Assembly: GCF_009914755.1 (NCBI RefSeq)
Contig: NC_060944.1
DNA: 64,000 nucleotides
Origin: the human T2T-CHM13v2.0 reference genome, Homo sapiens
Strand: one strand, 5' to 3'
Positions 1 through 64,000 of the stretch are shown here, in pieces. Numbering within the stretch: the stretch's first letter is position 1; each line of letters begins with the position of its first letter. The notes beneath the pieces were generated by a model that saw only the letters and a list, made by a program, of their open reading frames with translations, was not told where the DNA came from and did not search any database. The translations under genes and the position numbers were made by a program.

Positions 1-900
1 AGGTGCGGCCCCGCGGCGCGGAAGAGGCCTGGGGTCCCCGGCGCCCCCCGCCCGGCTGCGTGGACGGGAGACCCCCCCATCCCGGGCGGAGACACCTGGA
101 GCCTCCTGGAGCTCCCGCAGCTCCGGGGACCCCCCCCCAGACCGGCCGACCCCCAGCCCCAGGGCCCGGCGGGGAAGTGCGGGGGCCGCGCGTGGGTGAC
201 AGCGGAGCTGAGCCTCCCGGGCCCCATCGTGTGTGGGCGCCGTTCCCCCCGGGGGTGCCTCGGGCGCGTCCCGCCCCCAGCCGCCGTGGCCGCCCCTGAT
301 GGAACCCCTCCCGCCTCGGGCCCGCGCCTCGGCCTCCTGGCGGCCCCTGCGCAGGCCCCGCGGCCTGGGGCTGGGGCTGGGGCTGGGGCTGGGGCCCGGG
401 CCGGGTCTGGCCTGGGAGGCTTCGCGTCTGCACCTGCGGGAGCCCGGGGCGGGCCGACGGGGCCTCCGCTTGTTACTTTTGTTACCGCCGGGCGCCTGTC
501 ATCGCCGGGGTTACTTTTGTTGCCGCGCTGGGAACGCCACACTGTCGCAGTCCGGCCCCCTGTCGGGGAGCTGGGATTGATCTGGGAGCGGCCTTCCAGC
601 TGAGCTGCCCGGGTTGCGGAGGGCCGGGAAGTGCATGGAACTCGACGGCTCCGCATGGATTCTCCCCTTGGCACCCAGCACTGTTTGCGTTTGCGCCTGG
701 CCATGGTGGAGCGGGCAGTGAGAGAGCACGGAGGGGCTCCGCCCTGTCGCCGGGAGGGCAGCGGCCAGGCAGGCTGGGCAGGGGGGTGGGGTCTGGCTCT
801 GTCCCACAGGACGGTGTGACCCCTGGGTGGGCTCTTGACGGGCTTTCCTCACTGGAGTTCCTCAGGCCGCTCTCCTGAAGCGGTGCTCAGAGGCCCTGAC
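1..900. promoter_or_regulatory. CpG island tail over OGFR exon 1/intron 1
   Basis: Very high GC and CpG density; the window opens at ag|gtgcgg, consistent with the OGFR exon 1 donor. Confidence 0.75.
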
Positions 901-1217
901 CATCCTGCCAGGCGCCCGTGACCCCTGACCTCTTCCCTCTGCCTCCTGCTGTGGCTTCTGTCCACAAGCCCCTCCCCTTCCCCTTTGGACCCCTCAGGCC
1001 TCCCCAGCTGCCTGCGCTGGACCCTGGCGGGGCTGTTTCACTTTTTCCTGGGCAGTGTCATGTATGCACCTGTGGGCTGACTGTGTGGCCACATCCAGTC
1101 AGGACCCAGCCTCCAGAACTGACCCAGGGAGGCTCCCGCTGGCCCCAGGAAGGAGAAGTAGAAACTGATGATCAGGCGGGGCGAGAGAACCACACCAGCG
1201 GCCCTGTTGAGAAATCA

Positions 1218-1555
1218 GGCCGAGAGGTCGGTGGCGGTGGCTCAGGCCTGTAATCCCAGCACTTTCGGAGGCCTGGGCAGTCGGATCACCAGAGGTCAGG
1301 AGTCCAAGATTAGCCTGGCCAACATGGTGAAACTGTTGTCTCTACTAAAAATACAACATTAGCCAGGCGTGATGGGCACCTGTAATCCCAGTTCCTCCAG
1401 AGATTGAAGCAGGAGAATTGCTTAAACCTGGGAGGTGGAGGTTGCAGTGAGTGGAGATTGCCTGGGAGGTGGAGGTTGCAGTGAGTGGAGATTGCCTGGG
1501 AGGTGGAGATTGCATGAAGCTCCATCTCGAGGGGAAAAAAATAAGAAAGAAAAAT
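1218..1555 (+). mobile_element. Alu, rearranged right arm
   Basis: gcctgtaatcccagcactt...tctctactaaaaatac...gaggttgcagtgag. Confidence 0.85.
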
Positions 1556-2501
1556 CAGGCAGAGAGGCAACGCCAGGTCCCAGCTGGAGCTCAGCGGGGA
1601 GCCAGGGGATACAGTGGCTGACCGGGCCTCCTAACCCCACTTCTAGCACTCCCCCAGGATCCTGGGTCCCAATTGTTGCCCTGGACAAATACACCCATTC
1701 CTGCCCTACCCACCGAGTGAGGCTCAGCCCCAGGCCCCCCACCCTCATCACAAGGTCAGGGCTGTGTCCCAGCATCCTCATCACTAGGTACTTCCGGCCC
1801 TTTGCTCAGCCCCATGATGCTTGGCCTGCAGAGATGGGGGCTGAAGGGCTTGGGGCATCAAGGGGACCTGACATCTTGCTGAGAAGCCATCACTAGACAG
1901 GGCTGGAGGCTGGAGACTCAGGGCCTGCCCTCACCGTGGCCAGTGAGGCGTGGGGTTGGGCAGGGAAGGGGCATTCATTCATTAGACCCTGCCAGAAGCA
2001 CCTGGGTCCCCTTCTGGGGCTACAGGTGGTGAGGCCACTGCCCCCAAGAACACAGCCTGGTGACTTTAGTGTACAAAGCAGGGGGAGTCTCCAGGGGCAC
2101 AGAACAGAGGCTAAAGCCAGGGTGGAGGTGGCCAGCAGGCCTAGGAGGAGGAGAGGGTCAGGGCCACACCCCAGGGGAGGTGCATGTCAGCCAGGGGCCA
2201 CCCTAAGGTGGAAGCCAGGAGTCCCAAAGGGGCCTAGAGAAGGAGCAGGCCCCCACCTGGCTACCGCAGCCCTCTCTGGTTCTGTGCAGGGTATTGGGAT
2301 GCGTTACTGAGGCCCAAATCTGCCCCACTGGGAACCCCCAAAAAAGAGCCAGGGCAGGAGAATGAGAGGGAGGAGCCATGAAACCCCCGCCCTTTAAAGA
2401 CAGCTCTGTGGCAGCTGGCCCAGGCCCTGCAGCCCTCACCACGTTGGGACTCACTTGGGGGTCTCCCATGGGGGTCCTAATCCCATCTCTTTTCTTCCCA
2501 G

Positions 2502-8606
<6,105 letters not shown>

Positions 8607-8936
8607 GGAAAGGAGTGCCCGTCGGCGTCTTGGTCCTCCTGTCCCTGCTGCAGGGGCTGGGGCCTCCGGAGCTGCTGCGGGCTCCCCTCAGGCTCTGCTT
8701 CGTGACCCGTGACCCATGACCCACAGTGCTGGCCTCCTGTGGGGCCACTATAGCAGCCACCAGAAGCCGCGAGGCCCTCAGGGAAGCCCAAGGCCTGCAG
8801 AAGCCTCCTGGCCTGGCTGTGTCTTCCCCACCCAGCTCTCCCCTGCGCCCCTGTCTTTGTAAATTGACCCTTCTGGAGTGGGGGGCGGCGGGCAGGGCTG
8901 CTTTTCTTAGTCTGATGCCAAGCAAGGCCTTTTCTG

Positions 8937-8942
8937 AATAAA
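8937..8942 (+). terminator. OGFR polyadenylation signal
   Basis: AATAAA about 330 nt after the stop, followed by T/GT-rich sequence. Confidence 0.85.
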
Positions 8943-10612
8943 TTCATTTGACTTTGAGTCTTTGGTATGGACCGGGGTCCTGTTGGGTGGCTGGTAGGGC
9001 TGGTGTCACAGCTGATGTCCCTCCAGGCTCCAGTGGCCTGGCCCGGCTACCGCCTCACATTGCTCCACCAGGTGCCTGTGGGGGCAGAGTGGTGGCCCAG
9101 CCCTCCCCACACACCCACTTGGCCACACAGTCCCCAGGCATGAACAGGTGGGCAGGCTGCAGCCTCCCAGAGCCTCTGAAGGTGGAACCGAGGTCCCTCA
9201 GCAGGCTTTTGCCACCTGTTCAAGATGAGTCTGGGGCTTCCCTTGGGGTTGGCCGGGGCAGTGCTTGTGCATGGTGGGGTCTGGACCAGGCCTTTCTGCC
9301 TGCTGTGATCTGGGATGCGCTGCTGTGCCTCGGGCAGGCTTGGCAGTACTCTCTGGCGGGCCCCTTGGCTCCCTCAGGTCTGGTGGAGCCAGGTGTGCCC
9401 CCAGGGCAGTCCCTCCCTGCAGTCTGCCCTTGTCACCCTGGGCCAGGACCCCCCGCTTCCCGGTTCCCCTACATTTCTACATCAGCAGGGTAAGGGGCTT
9501 TTTGTGGGGCCTCAGAGGAGGGGCCGGACACTTGTCTTTGCTCAGTGAAGGACAGGGCAGACCTGGGGCACCCCTGGGTGGGAGGGTTAAAGCTGTAGAC
9601 CCTGGTACCACTTCAGGTAAAATGCCCAGCTCCCATCTGGTGGCACAGGATACACGAGCCGGAAGTCACTGGGAGGAGACACCCGAGGTTCAATAATCCC
9701 CCAGAGCTGCGTGGGGAAGCTGTGGGACCCCTGGTGCCTCAAGTGTGGCTCAGGGGATTCCTGCCATGGAGGGAAACTGAGGCAGTGAGCTGGACATAGG
9801 GCTAGAAGTGCAGTCACTGGGGCAGCGCCCGGCAGATCCAGCGTCCCCAGTCCAGGCCGTTGTGGGGCTGGAGTCGGTGAAAATCAGCGCCTGAAGTGAG
9901 GAGCCTGTTGGAGCAGCCCTGGGGGCCGATGCCTGGCGGTGGGCACCTGGGGACAGCAGGCAGTGCTGGCCAGCCAACCCGGGCTTCAGGGAGAGTGATG
10001 ACCCACAACAGGCGGGCAGCAGGAGGCTCTGCCCCACTCAAAAGTGAGCCGGGGGAGGCTGAGCTCTGACAGTGCCCACCCTCTGCCTAGGATCTGCCTG
10101 GAGCTGGGGGTGGTTTTTTGAGGGGCTTGAAGGTGGTTCGGGGGGGACACCAAGCAGGTGTCCCAGGCATGAGGTGGCTCCCCTGGCCTGAGGTGAAGGC
10201 CAGCTGTGTTTTGTCTGATTTGGGTCAGATAGCAGTCCTTGCTGACTGCATGCTGGGCATCATGGGGATAGGCAAAGTGGGGTGTGGGGCCAGGGACCAG
10301 GGGAGAGCCACTGAGGAGGGGGCTGGCCACAGGGTCATCTTGCCAGGTGGAACTGGTAGGGAGGACGTATCCTGTCCCCCAGACCCTGGGCTTGGGGTGG
10401 GGCTGGTGCTGGGAGCCCCTAAGGCCCCCTGCTGTCTGGGCTGACCTGCTCCACCCACCTCTCCCCGTAATCAAAAGTCCTCTGTTAGGAAGCTCTGTGC
10501 CAGGATGACTTGGACTCCTCAGGAGGGTGGGCCTTTTCAGCTCCTCCCACCTCGCCTGATGGAATTCGCACACACCCCTCCCAGCCCAGCCACCGCGCTC
10601 ACCCAGCAGTGA

Positions 10613-11143
<531 letters not shown>

Positions 11144-12021
11144 TGAGCCTACAGGCAACTGGAAGCTTTGAGTCCCCTAGGGCAGCGACTGCCCTGGCAG
11201 CCTGAGGCAGAGCTTGGCCGGACCTGGCGACCCCTGAGCTTCTGGGAAATGGACATGGCCAGCACCGCCTTCAGGTTCCTGCCCAGGGCACGGTTCCTTC
11301 AGGCCGGGGATCCCGGGGAGGGGTTCTTCCCCTCGGCCAGGGTCATCGTTTTGCGATCTCTCCCGGGAGTCTGGGTTTGGAGTCTGGTCTTAGCCGGTAG
11401 CAACTGACGTGGCCTGACCACCCGGCCCGTCCAGGTCCACGGGTGAGGGGCCGCGGTGGGGGTGCTCCCAGCCCAGCAGGCAGCGCTGGACAGTGACCCC
11501 GGAGCGGGAACCAGGGCTGCGCTGGGCACTGACCGGGCCCTGGTACCGGGGATTCACCCTCCCCGGGGTGTTCCTGGGCCTTGGGTCGCCTGGGTCCGCT
11601 CCGGCGCCTGGGGAGGGGTCTGCGGCTTCGGAAACTCGCGGGTCTCCCCTGCCCCTCCCTGAAGGCGGCCCTTCAGCGCCGCGCGCTTCCGCCCCCACAC
11701 TCGGGTTGAGGAGCAAGGAGAGAAAAGAGCGTCTTTCTCTCTTGCTCAAAGCTGCGTGTGTGCAACGCGCCAGTCCCAGGATAATTTTAACTCGCGGCCG
11801 GAGAGAACGCGCCGCCCGCCCGGCGTCTTTTTTGTTTTCGCCCAGGCGGGCTGGGCGGCGGCGCGGGGCGGGTGGAAGCCCCCCCGCCCAGGTGGGCCCG
11901 GCTGAATGGGGGGCTTGTGCAGGCGGGGGCGGGAAGGGGAAGGGGAAGGGGCCGCCCACCTCCCGCCCCGCCCGCCCGCGCGCCGCCCGCCCCGACGCCG
12001 CAGCTCAGACTCCGCTCAGCC

Positions 12022-36293
<24,272 letters not shown>

Positions 36294-36495
36294 AATTCAA
36301 CGTGAGGAAGCAAGTGACAAGGACGCCCGAAGCACAGTGGACGGTCATGAAGGAGCGGGGGTGTGGCAGGCGGGTGACGTCCAGGAGAGGGAGCGCCCCT
36401 GGCTGCCCCTCGGCCGCCGACTGGACGCGCGGGCCTTGCCAGCGAGCACCCTCATCGGGCTGTCGCCTGACAGCATACCTCAAAAGGCCCTAGCT

Positions 36496-36689
36496 AATAA
36501 ACCTGTAAGCCCAGCATTTGAGAGAAGGTAGGGTGTGTATATATAAAAGGTTGTGTACAACTCCACGAGGTGAAAAATATTCAGTAACTTGTTTACATAG
36601 CATTTGTGTAAAGACTATGATCTCATCCCAATAAAATGATATATTAAACCTTCAGATTAATGACTGGCTACAGAGTAACAAAAAATAAA
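36496..36689 (+). terminator. COL9A3 polyA signals (AATAAA at 36496, 36630, 36684)
   Basis: Three AATAAA hexamers in the 3' UTR. Confidence 0.75.
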
Positions 36690-36692
36690 GAA

Positions 36693-36779
36693 TTTAATGT
36701 ACAGTAAATTCTCTCCCATACAAAGGTCTAGTCTGATGTTTTGTGTACAAACTCACATCTCCAATTAACAGTATTTATT
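36693..36779 (-). terminator. TCFL5 candidate polyA signals (AATAAA 36779-36774, ATTAAA 36698-36693)
   Basis: Hexamers on the minus strand at the end of an AT-rich 3' UTR. Confidence 0.6.
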
Positions 36780-37536
36780 GAGGGTGACTTTGTATTGCAC
36801 TAACGTCTATTGCTATTACCTGTTGTGATTGATAAGTAAAGCCACTCATTGAAAAACCCAATTCCAAACACCACAGTTTGTGACACATGAAGTAATGAAT
36901 GACTCTTGGTATGAAAACGTGGCATTTAAGCGTCTACTGTGACAGTATTTCATTTGTGGACAAAAGTAGCTTTAAAGCAAGTATCTGGAAAATTTTTAGC
37001 ACACAGGTTTAAAATGGTCCTGCACGTTGCAATACAGCAGCACGTGACTCAGAGTCATGACAAGGGGGTGTGATATAACGAATGAAATAAAATTTCCAAA
37101 CTGTTTTTAGTTAACAATTTAACTTGTTCCAATTGCTAAAGGGGCATATTTAAAAGGTAAATAAGTAAAAAGCCGTGTACTTTTTAAGATTAAAGAAAGT
37201 ACAAAGGATGTCAATTTTTTAAGTTAATCATGTTAAGAAAACATGATGGAATCAGAGCATTGAGAAAATGCTTACTAATTATTACTAATTAATTATTACT
37301 AATTATTAAGATGGCTTCATCCCCAAATGGTCTAAGAGGACATTCATGGATAAGCATTTGCGTCTAGATAAATATTTTTACAAAATGTGCTCTCAAAGTC
37401 CCTACTGGAGTCCCGTCAGCTTGAGTCACGCCCTTTTCGAGTCAGACTAGCCGAGCAGAGCTCCAGGGTTGCAGAAGGCGTGCACAGGTCACGAAGGAAT
37501 GGCTGTTCACCCCCCGAGGATTCCTGTTCAGTCCGA

Positions 37537-57233
<19,697 letters not shown>

Positions 57234-57840
57234 GGCGGCGCGGCGCGGCCCAACGGCGGCGAGGGCGACGCGGGCGGCGGGCGGCGGGAGGCGGGAGGCG
57301 GGAGGCGGGAGGCGACCCCCGGCCCGAGCACTACTCTGCGCCGGCCACAGCCGGCGCGCCGTTGGGGGAGGGAAAACCGCTGAGTGCCGCGCACAGCGCC
57401 TGCGCCGCCCCGCCCCGCAACGGCAACCCCACCCCTGCGCCAGCCCCGCCCCCTCCGTTACCCGCCGCCGCCGGCCCCGCCCCCGCCCAACCGCCCGCAC
57501 GCCCGGCCCCGCCCCACGTCGGCGGATGCTTGCGCGGAGGGCCCGCCCCCACGGCCCAGCCACGCCCCCACAGCTAGGCCACGCCCCCAGCTCAGGCCAC
57601 GCCCGGTTCCCAGCCACGCCCCTGCTGCCCGGCCACTCCCCGCTGAGGCCCGGCGAGGGCGGCTGCGCTGGAATCAGCGTGATACCTACGCGGTGACACC
57701 CTGGGGAGAAGCCACGTCCGTGCGTGCACGTGCGCCCCATTACAGCGGCAGGAATGAAGACGTTGTCAAAACAGCTCCCTGGACCCACAGTCCACAGTGC
57801 CCAGGCCATCCGCTTCATCCGCGTAAAATGCGCAGCGCAT

Positions 57841-58249
<409 letters not shown>

Positions 58250-59596
58250 CTAATCTTCTGTGTCCAGGAGTTTGCCTAGGCTGGGCCTTCCCTGTTAAGG
58301 GAACTATGCAATATGTGGTCTTTAAGAGACTTATTTTTGCAATCTTGAAATAATTCCTGTACTTAACCTCTCACCCACATTCCCATCTCACTCAGTGGTT
58401 GTCTGTTCTCTGTCTAGGCATTAGGACACTTAAAGGCCTGTGACTTGCACATCGTCTTCTAAGCCGGGTCTGAATCTTTCGCTCATTTCATCACAGTTTA
58501 GACACAGACCAATATATTACAATGATTCAACGATGGGCTATGAAAGCTCAGCCATGCAAATCTAAACTCACACATGTATACATGAAAATAATATATCAGT
58601 TTTGGGCAAAACATCAGGTTTCAGAAAACACTACCAAGGAGGAAAGCAAGGACTTAAAACTCTCAAGGACATGGCAACAGAAGTCGTCTAACGTAAAACA
58701 GAGAGGGAAGGCTAAGAGAGTGAGCAGAGCATCAGTGAGCTGTGGGGCCGCTTCAAGCAGTGTGATTTGAAGTCCCCTGGGGGTGGAAGGATGGGGAGAA
58801 AGACATTTTAAGAAGTAATGATTGCCAGGTGAGGTGGCTCACGCCTGTAATCCCAGCACTTTGGGAGGCCGAGGCGGGCAGATCCCTTGAGGTCAGGAGT
58901 TCGAGATCAGCTTGGCCAACATGATGAAATCTCGTGTCTACTAAAAATATAAAAAATTAGCCAGGTGTGGTGGCATGTGCCTGTAATCCCAGCTACTCAG
59001 GAAGCTGAGGCAGAAGAATCGCTGGAACCCGGGAGGTGGAGGTTTCAGTGAGTAGAGATTGCACCACTGCACTCCAGCCTGGGAGACAGAGCAAGACGCT
59101 GTCTCAAAAAACAAAAACAAAACAACAAAAAAAAATAATGATTGAAAAGTTTTTTTAAAACTACAAACCTACAGACCCAAGAAGTTTAACATACCTCAAA
59201 CTCAAGAAACATGAAGGAAACTACACCAAGATGGAAAGCAAATTGCTTTATTTATTTATTTTTTTATTTTTTGAGATGGAGTCTTGCTCTGTCTCCCAGG
59301 CTGGAGTGCAATGGCACGATCTTGACTCAGCACAACCTCTGCCTCCTGGATTCAAGTGATTCTCCTGCCTCAGCCTCCTGAATAGCTGGGATTATAGGCA
59401 TGTGCCACCATGCCTGGCCAATTTTTTGTATTTTTAGTAGAGACGGGATTTTGCCATGTTGGTCAGGCTGGTCTTGAACTCCTGACTTCAGGTGATCTGC
59501 CCACCTTGGTCTCCCGAATGCTGGGATTACAGGCATAAGCCACCGTGCCTGGCCTCAAATTGCTTTAAATCAGTGAAAAATCTTAAAAGCAGCTGT

Positions 59597-59619
59597 ACAC
59601 ACACACACACACACACACA
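59597..59619. repeat. (CA)n microsatellite
   Basis: About 11 AC units. Confidence 0.9.
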
Positions 59620-60057
59620 AGACATTGTGTACAGAGGAACAAAGATAAGAATGATTACAGGCCAGGCGCGGTGGCTCACGCCTGTAATCCCAGCACTTTG
59701 GGAGGCTGAGGCGGGCGGATCACAAGGTCAGGAGATCGAGTCCATCCTGGTAAACATGGTGAAATCCCATCTCTACTAAAAATAAAAAAAAATAGCTGGG
59801 TGTGGTGGCACAGGCCTGTAATCCCAGGTAACTCAGGAGGCTGAGGCACGAGAACCGCTTGAACCTGGGAGGTGGAGGTTGCAGTGAGCCAAGATCACGC
59901 CACTGCCCTCCAGCCTAGTGACAGAGCGAGAGACTCCTTCTAAAAAAATAAATGAAAAGATTGCAGTGATTGCAGACATTTCTTCAGGAATAATGCAAGT
60001 CAGAACAGAGTGGAATCACACCTTTGAAGTGCTGAGGGCAAGGGAGAAGCTGACTGA

Positions 60058-60700
<643 letters not shown>

Positions 60701-61384
60701 AGTTCTATGCCCAGCAAAGATATTTTTCAAAAACAAAGGCAAAATAAAGACTTTTTTGCACTTACAAAAGCTAAAATAATCCATCACTAGCAGACTTGCA
60801 GTACAAGACATGTTCCAGAAGTCCTTCAGACAAAAGGAAGGTGAGACTGGATAGAAGTCGGGGTCTCCACAGAAGAATGAAGAGACTGGACGGGTTAAAG
60901 CTATTTATTACGAGCCTTACCACAACCACTGCAATACAGCAACAAAGGGTGATGGCTAATAAATCAATAAAGGAGAGAAAATGGAATCAGACTCTCAAAG
61001 GGGCAGAAAGTGAGATATGATTGTGCCACTGCACACCAGCCTGAATGACAGACCTCACCTCTAAAGTAAATAAATAAATGATACAAAAATTAAAAATGCA
61101 AGAGGCAGAAAAAAGAAAAATAGAACAAAGAGCACACGGGACAAATAGAGAATAAATAGCAAGATAGTAGATTTAAATCCAATAAAAAAAAATCACATGA
61201 GATGTAAAAGGTTTAAACACGTCAATGAGAAAGCAGAGACCAGAATGGATAAAAAGTCAGAACTTGGAGGCCGGGCGCGGTGGCTCACGCCTGTAATCCC
61301 AGCACTCTGGGAGGCCGAGGCGGGCGGATCACAAGGTCAGGAGATCAAGACCATCCTGGCTAACACGGTGAAACCCCGTCTCTA

Positions 61385-61582
<198 letters not shown>

Positions 61583-61813
61583 TTAAAGAGAAAGGATGGA
61601 AAGTGCGCACCTCCCTAGCGCTGTCGAAAGGCAGCTGGAATAGGCATATAAACACTAAAGTCAATTTCCAGGAGGCGGGTCTGAAGAAAAAGAAGAAAAC
61701 AAATACTAAAGTAGATTTCAGAGCCAAGAATTTTGCCAGCGATTCTGGTCATTTCATAGTGAAATAGGGGGCAGAACATTTTCCTGATTAAATGCATCTA
61801 ATTAGAAAGCTTA

Positions 61814-62224
<411 letters not shown>

Positions 62225-62283
62225 TCACAAGGTCAGGAGTTGGAGACCAGTCTGGCCAACATAGTGAAACCCCATCTCTACTA

Positions 62284-62791
<508 letters not shown>

Positions 62792-63356
62792 TCAGAAAGG
62801 ATGCAGAAGACCTGGACAATGCCATCAACCAACTTGCTCTAGTTGATGTTTATAGAACACCCCAACCACCCACATCAGAATACAGTCTTTTCAACTGGAT
62901 AGGTAACATCTACCAAGATAAACCATAATTTGGACCATAAAATATGTCTCAATAAATTTAAACTTTAGAAAAATATGTCCTCAACCACGACTGAATTTAA
63001 TTTCAAATCTAATGTAAAGATATTTGAGATATTGTAAATCTCCGAACATTTGGCAACTAAATAATACATTTCTAAATGTCTCACGGGTCAAAGAAATCAA
63101 AAGGGAAGTTATAAAGTATTTAGAAATGAGCAAAAATGAAAACGACAACATCAAAATTCATGGAATATAGCTAAAGAAATACTTAGAAAAGTATAGCAAT
63201 CACAAAAGAAGACAAGTATCAAATTATTAATCTCAACTTCTGCACTGTTGAAAAGGAAGAGTAGAAAAGGAAGAGTAAAGTAAGCAGAACTGTGCGTCAG
63301 TTTCCATTGTATTTCTAAATACAATAAAAAACAGAAAAACCGTAGAGAAAAGCTCA

Positions 63357-63767
<411 letters not shown>

Positions 63768-64000
63768 TCAGGAATAGGCGGTGACAGCAGTAAAGATTCT
63801 AAAGATACTGGACGGGTGCAGTGGCTCATGCCTATACTCCCAACACTTTGGGAGGCCAGGGTGCACAGGCCGCTTAAGCTTAGAAGTTTATAACCAGCCT
63901 GGGCAACATGGCAAAACCCCATCTCCACGAAAAACACCAACAATTAGCCGGGAGTGGTGGCGCATGTCTGTGATTCCAGCTACTTGGGAGGCTGGAGGTA

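Overview
Human (Alu-rich, GC-rich, subtelomeric-type) genomic DNA that I recognise as chr20q13.33. It holds three protein-coding genes whose exons can be rebuilt from GT-AG junctions. (1) OGFR, + strand: exons 2-7, exon 1 ends at about base 2, stop at 8606, with a 7x60-bp coding repeat. (2) The complete 32-exon COL9A3, + strand: ATG 12022 to TAA 36293, 2055 nt = 684 aa. (3) The complete 6-exon TCFL5, - strand: ATG 57233 to TGA 37537, 1503 nt = 500 aa, convergent with COL9A3. A near-intact DPH3 retrocopy (DPH3P1) sits antisense in TCFL5 intron 5. The rest is Alu, L1, LTR and DNA-transposon remnants plus six intronic minisatellites. I found no convincing previously undescribed biological system. 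The best leads are: the COL9A3 haplotype carries Trp103 (the disc-disease 'Trp3' allele) with Glu17 and Glu435; a clustered MYB + tandem E2F + E-box module at the TCFL5 promoter; a candidate intronic polyadenylation site / VNTR-derived terminal exon in TCFL5; a ~66-bp duplicate of a COL9A3 polyA-signal segment; a SOX9-dimer-like site in COL9A3 intron 1; and G-rich VNTRs beside COL9A3 splice donors. Gene and repeat names and reference residues come from recall, not database searches, and repeat boundaries are approximate.
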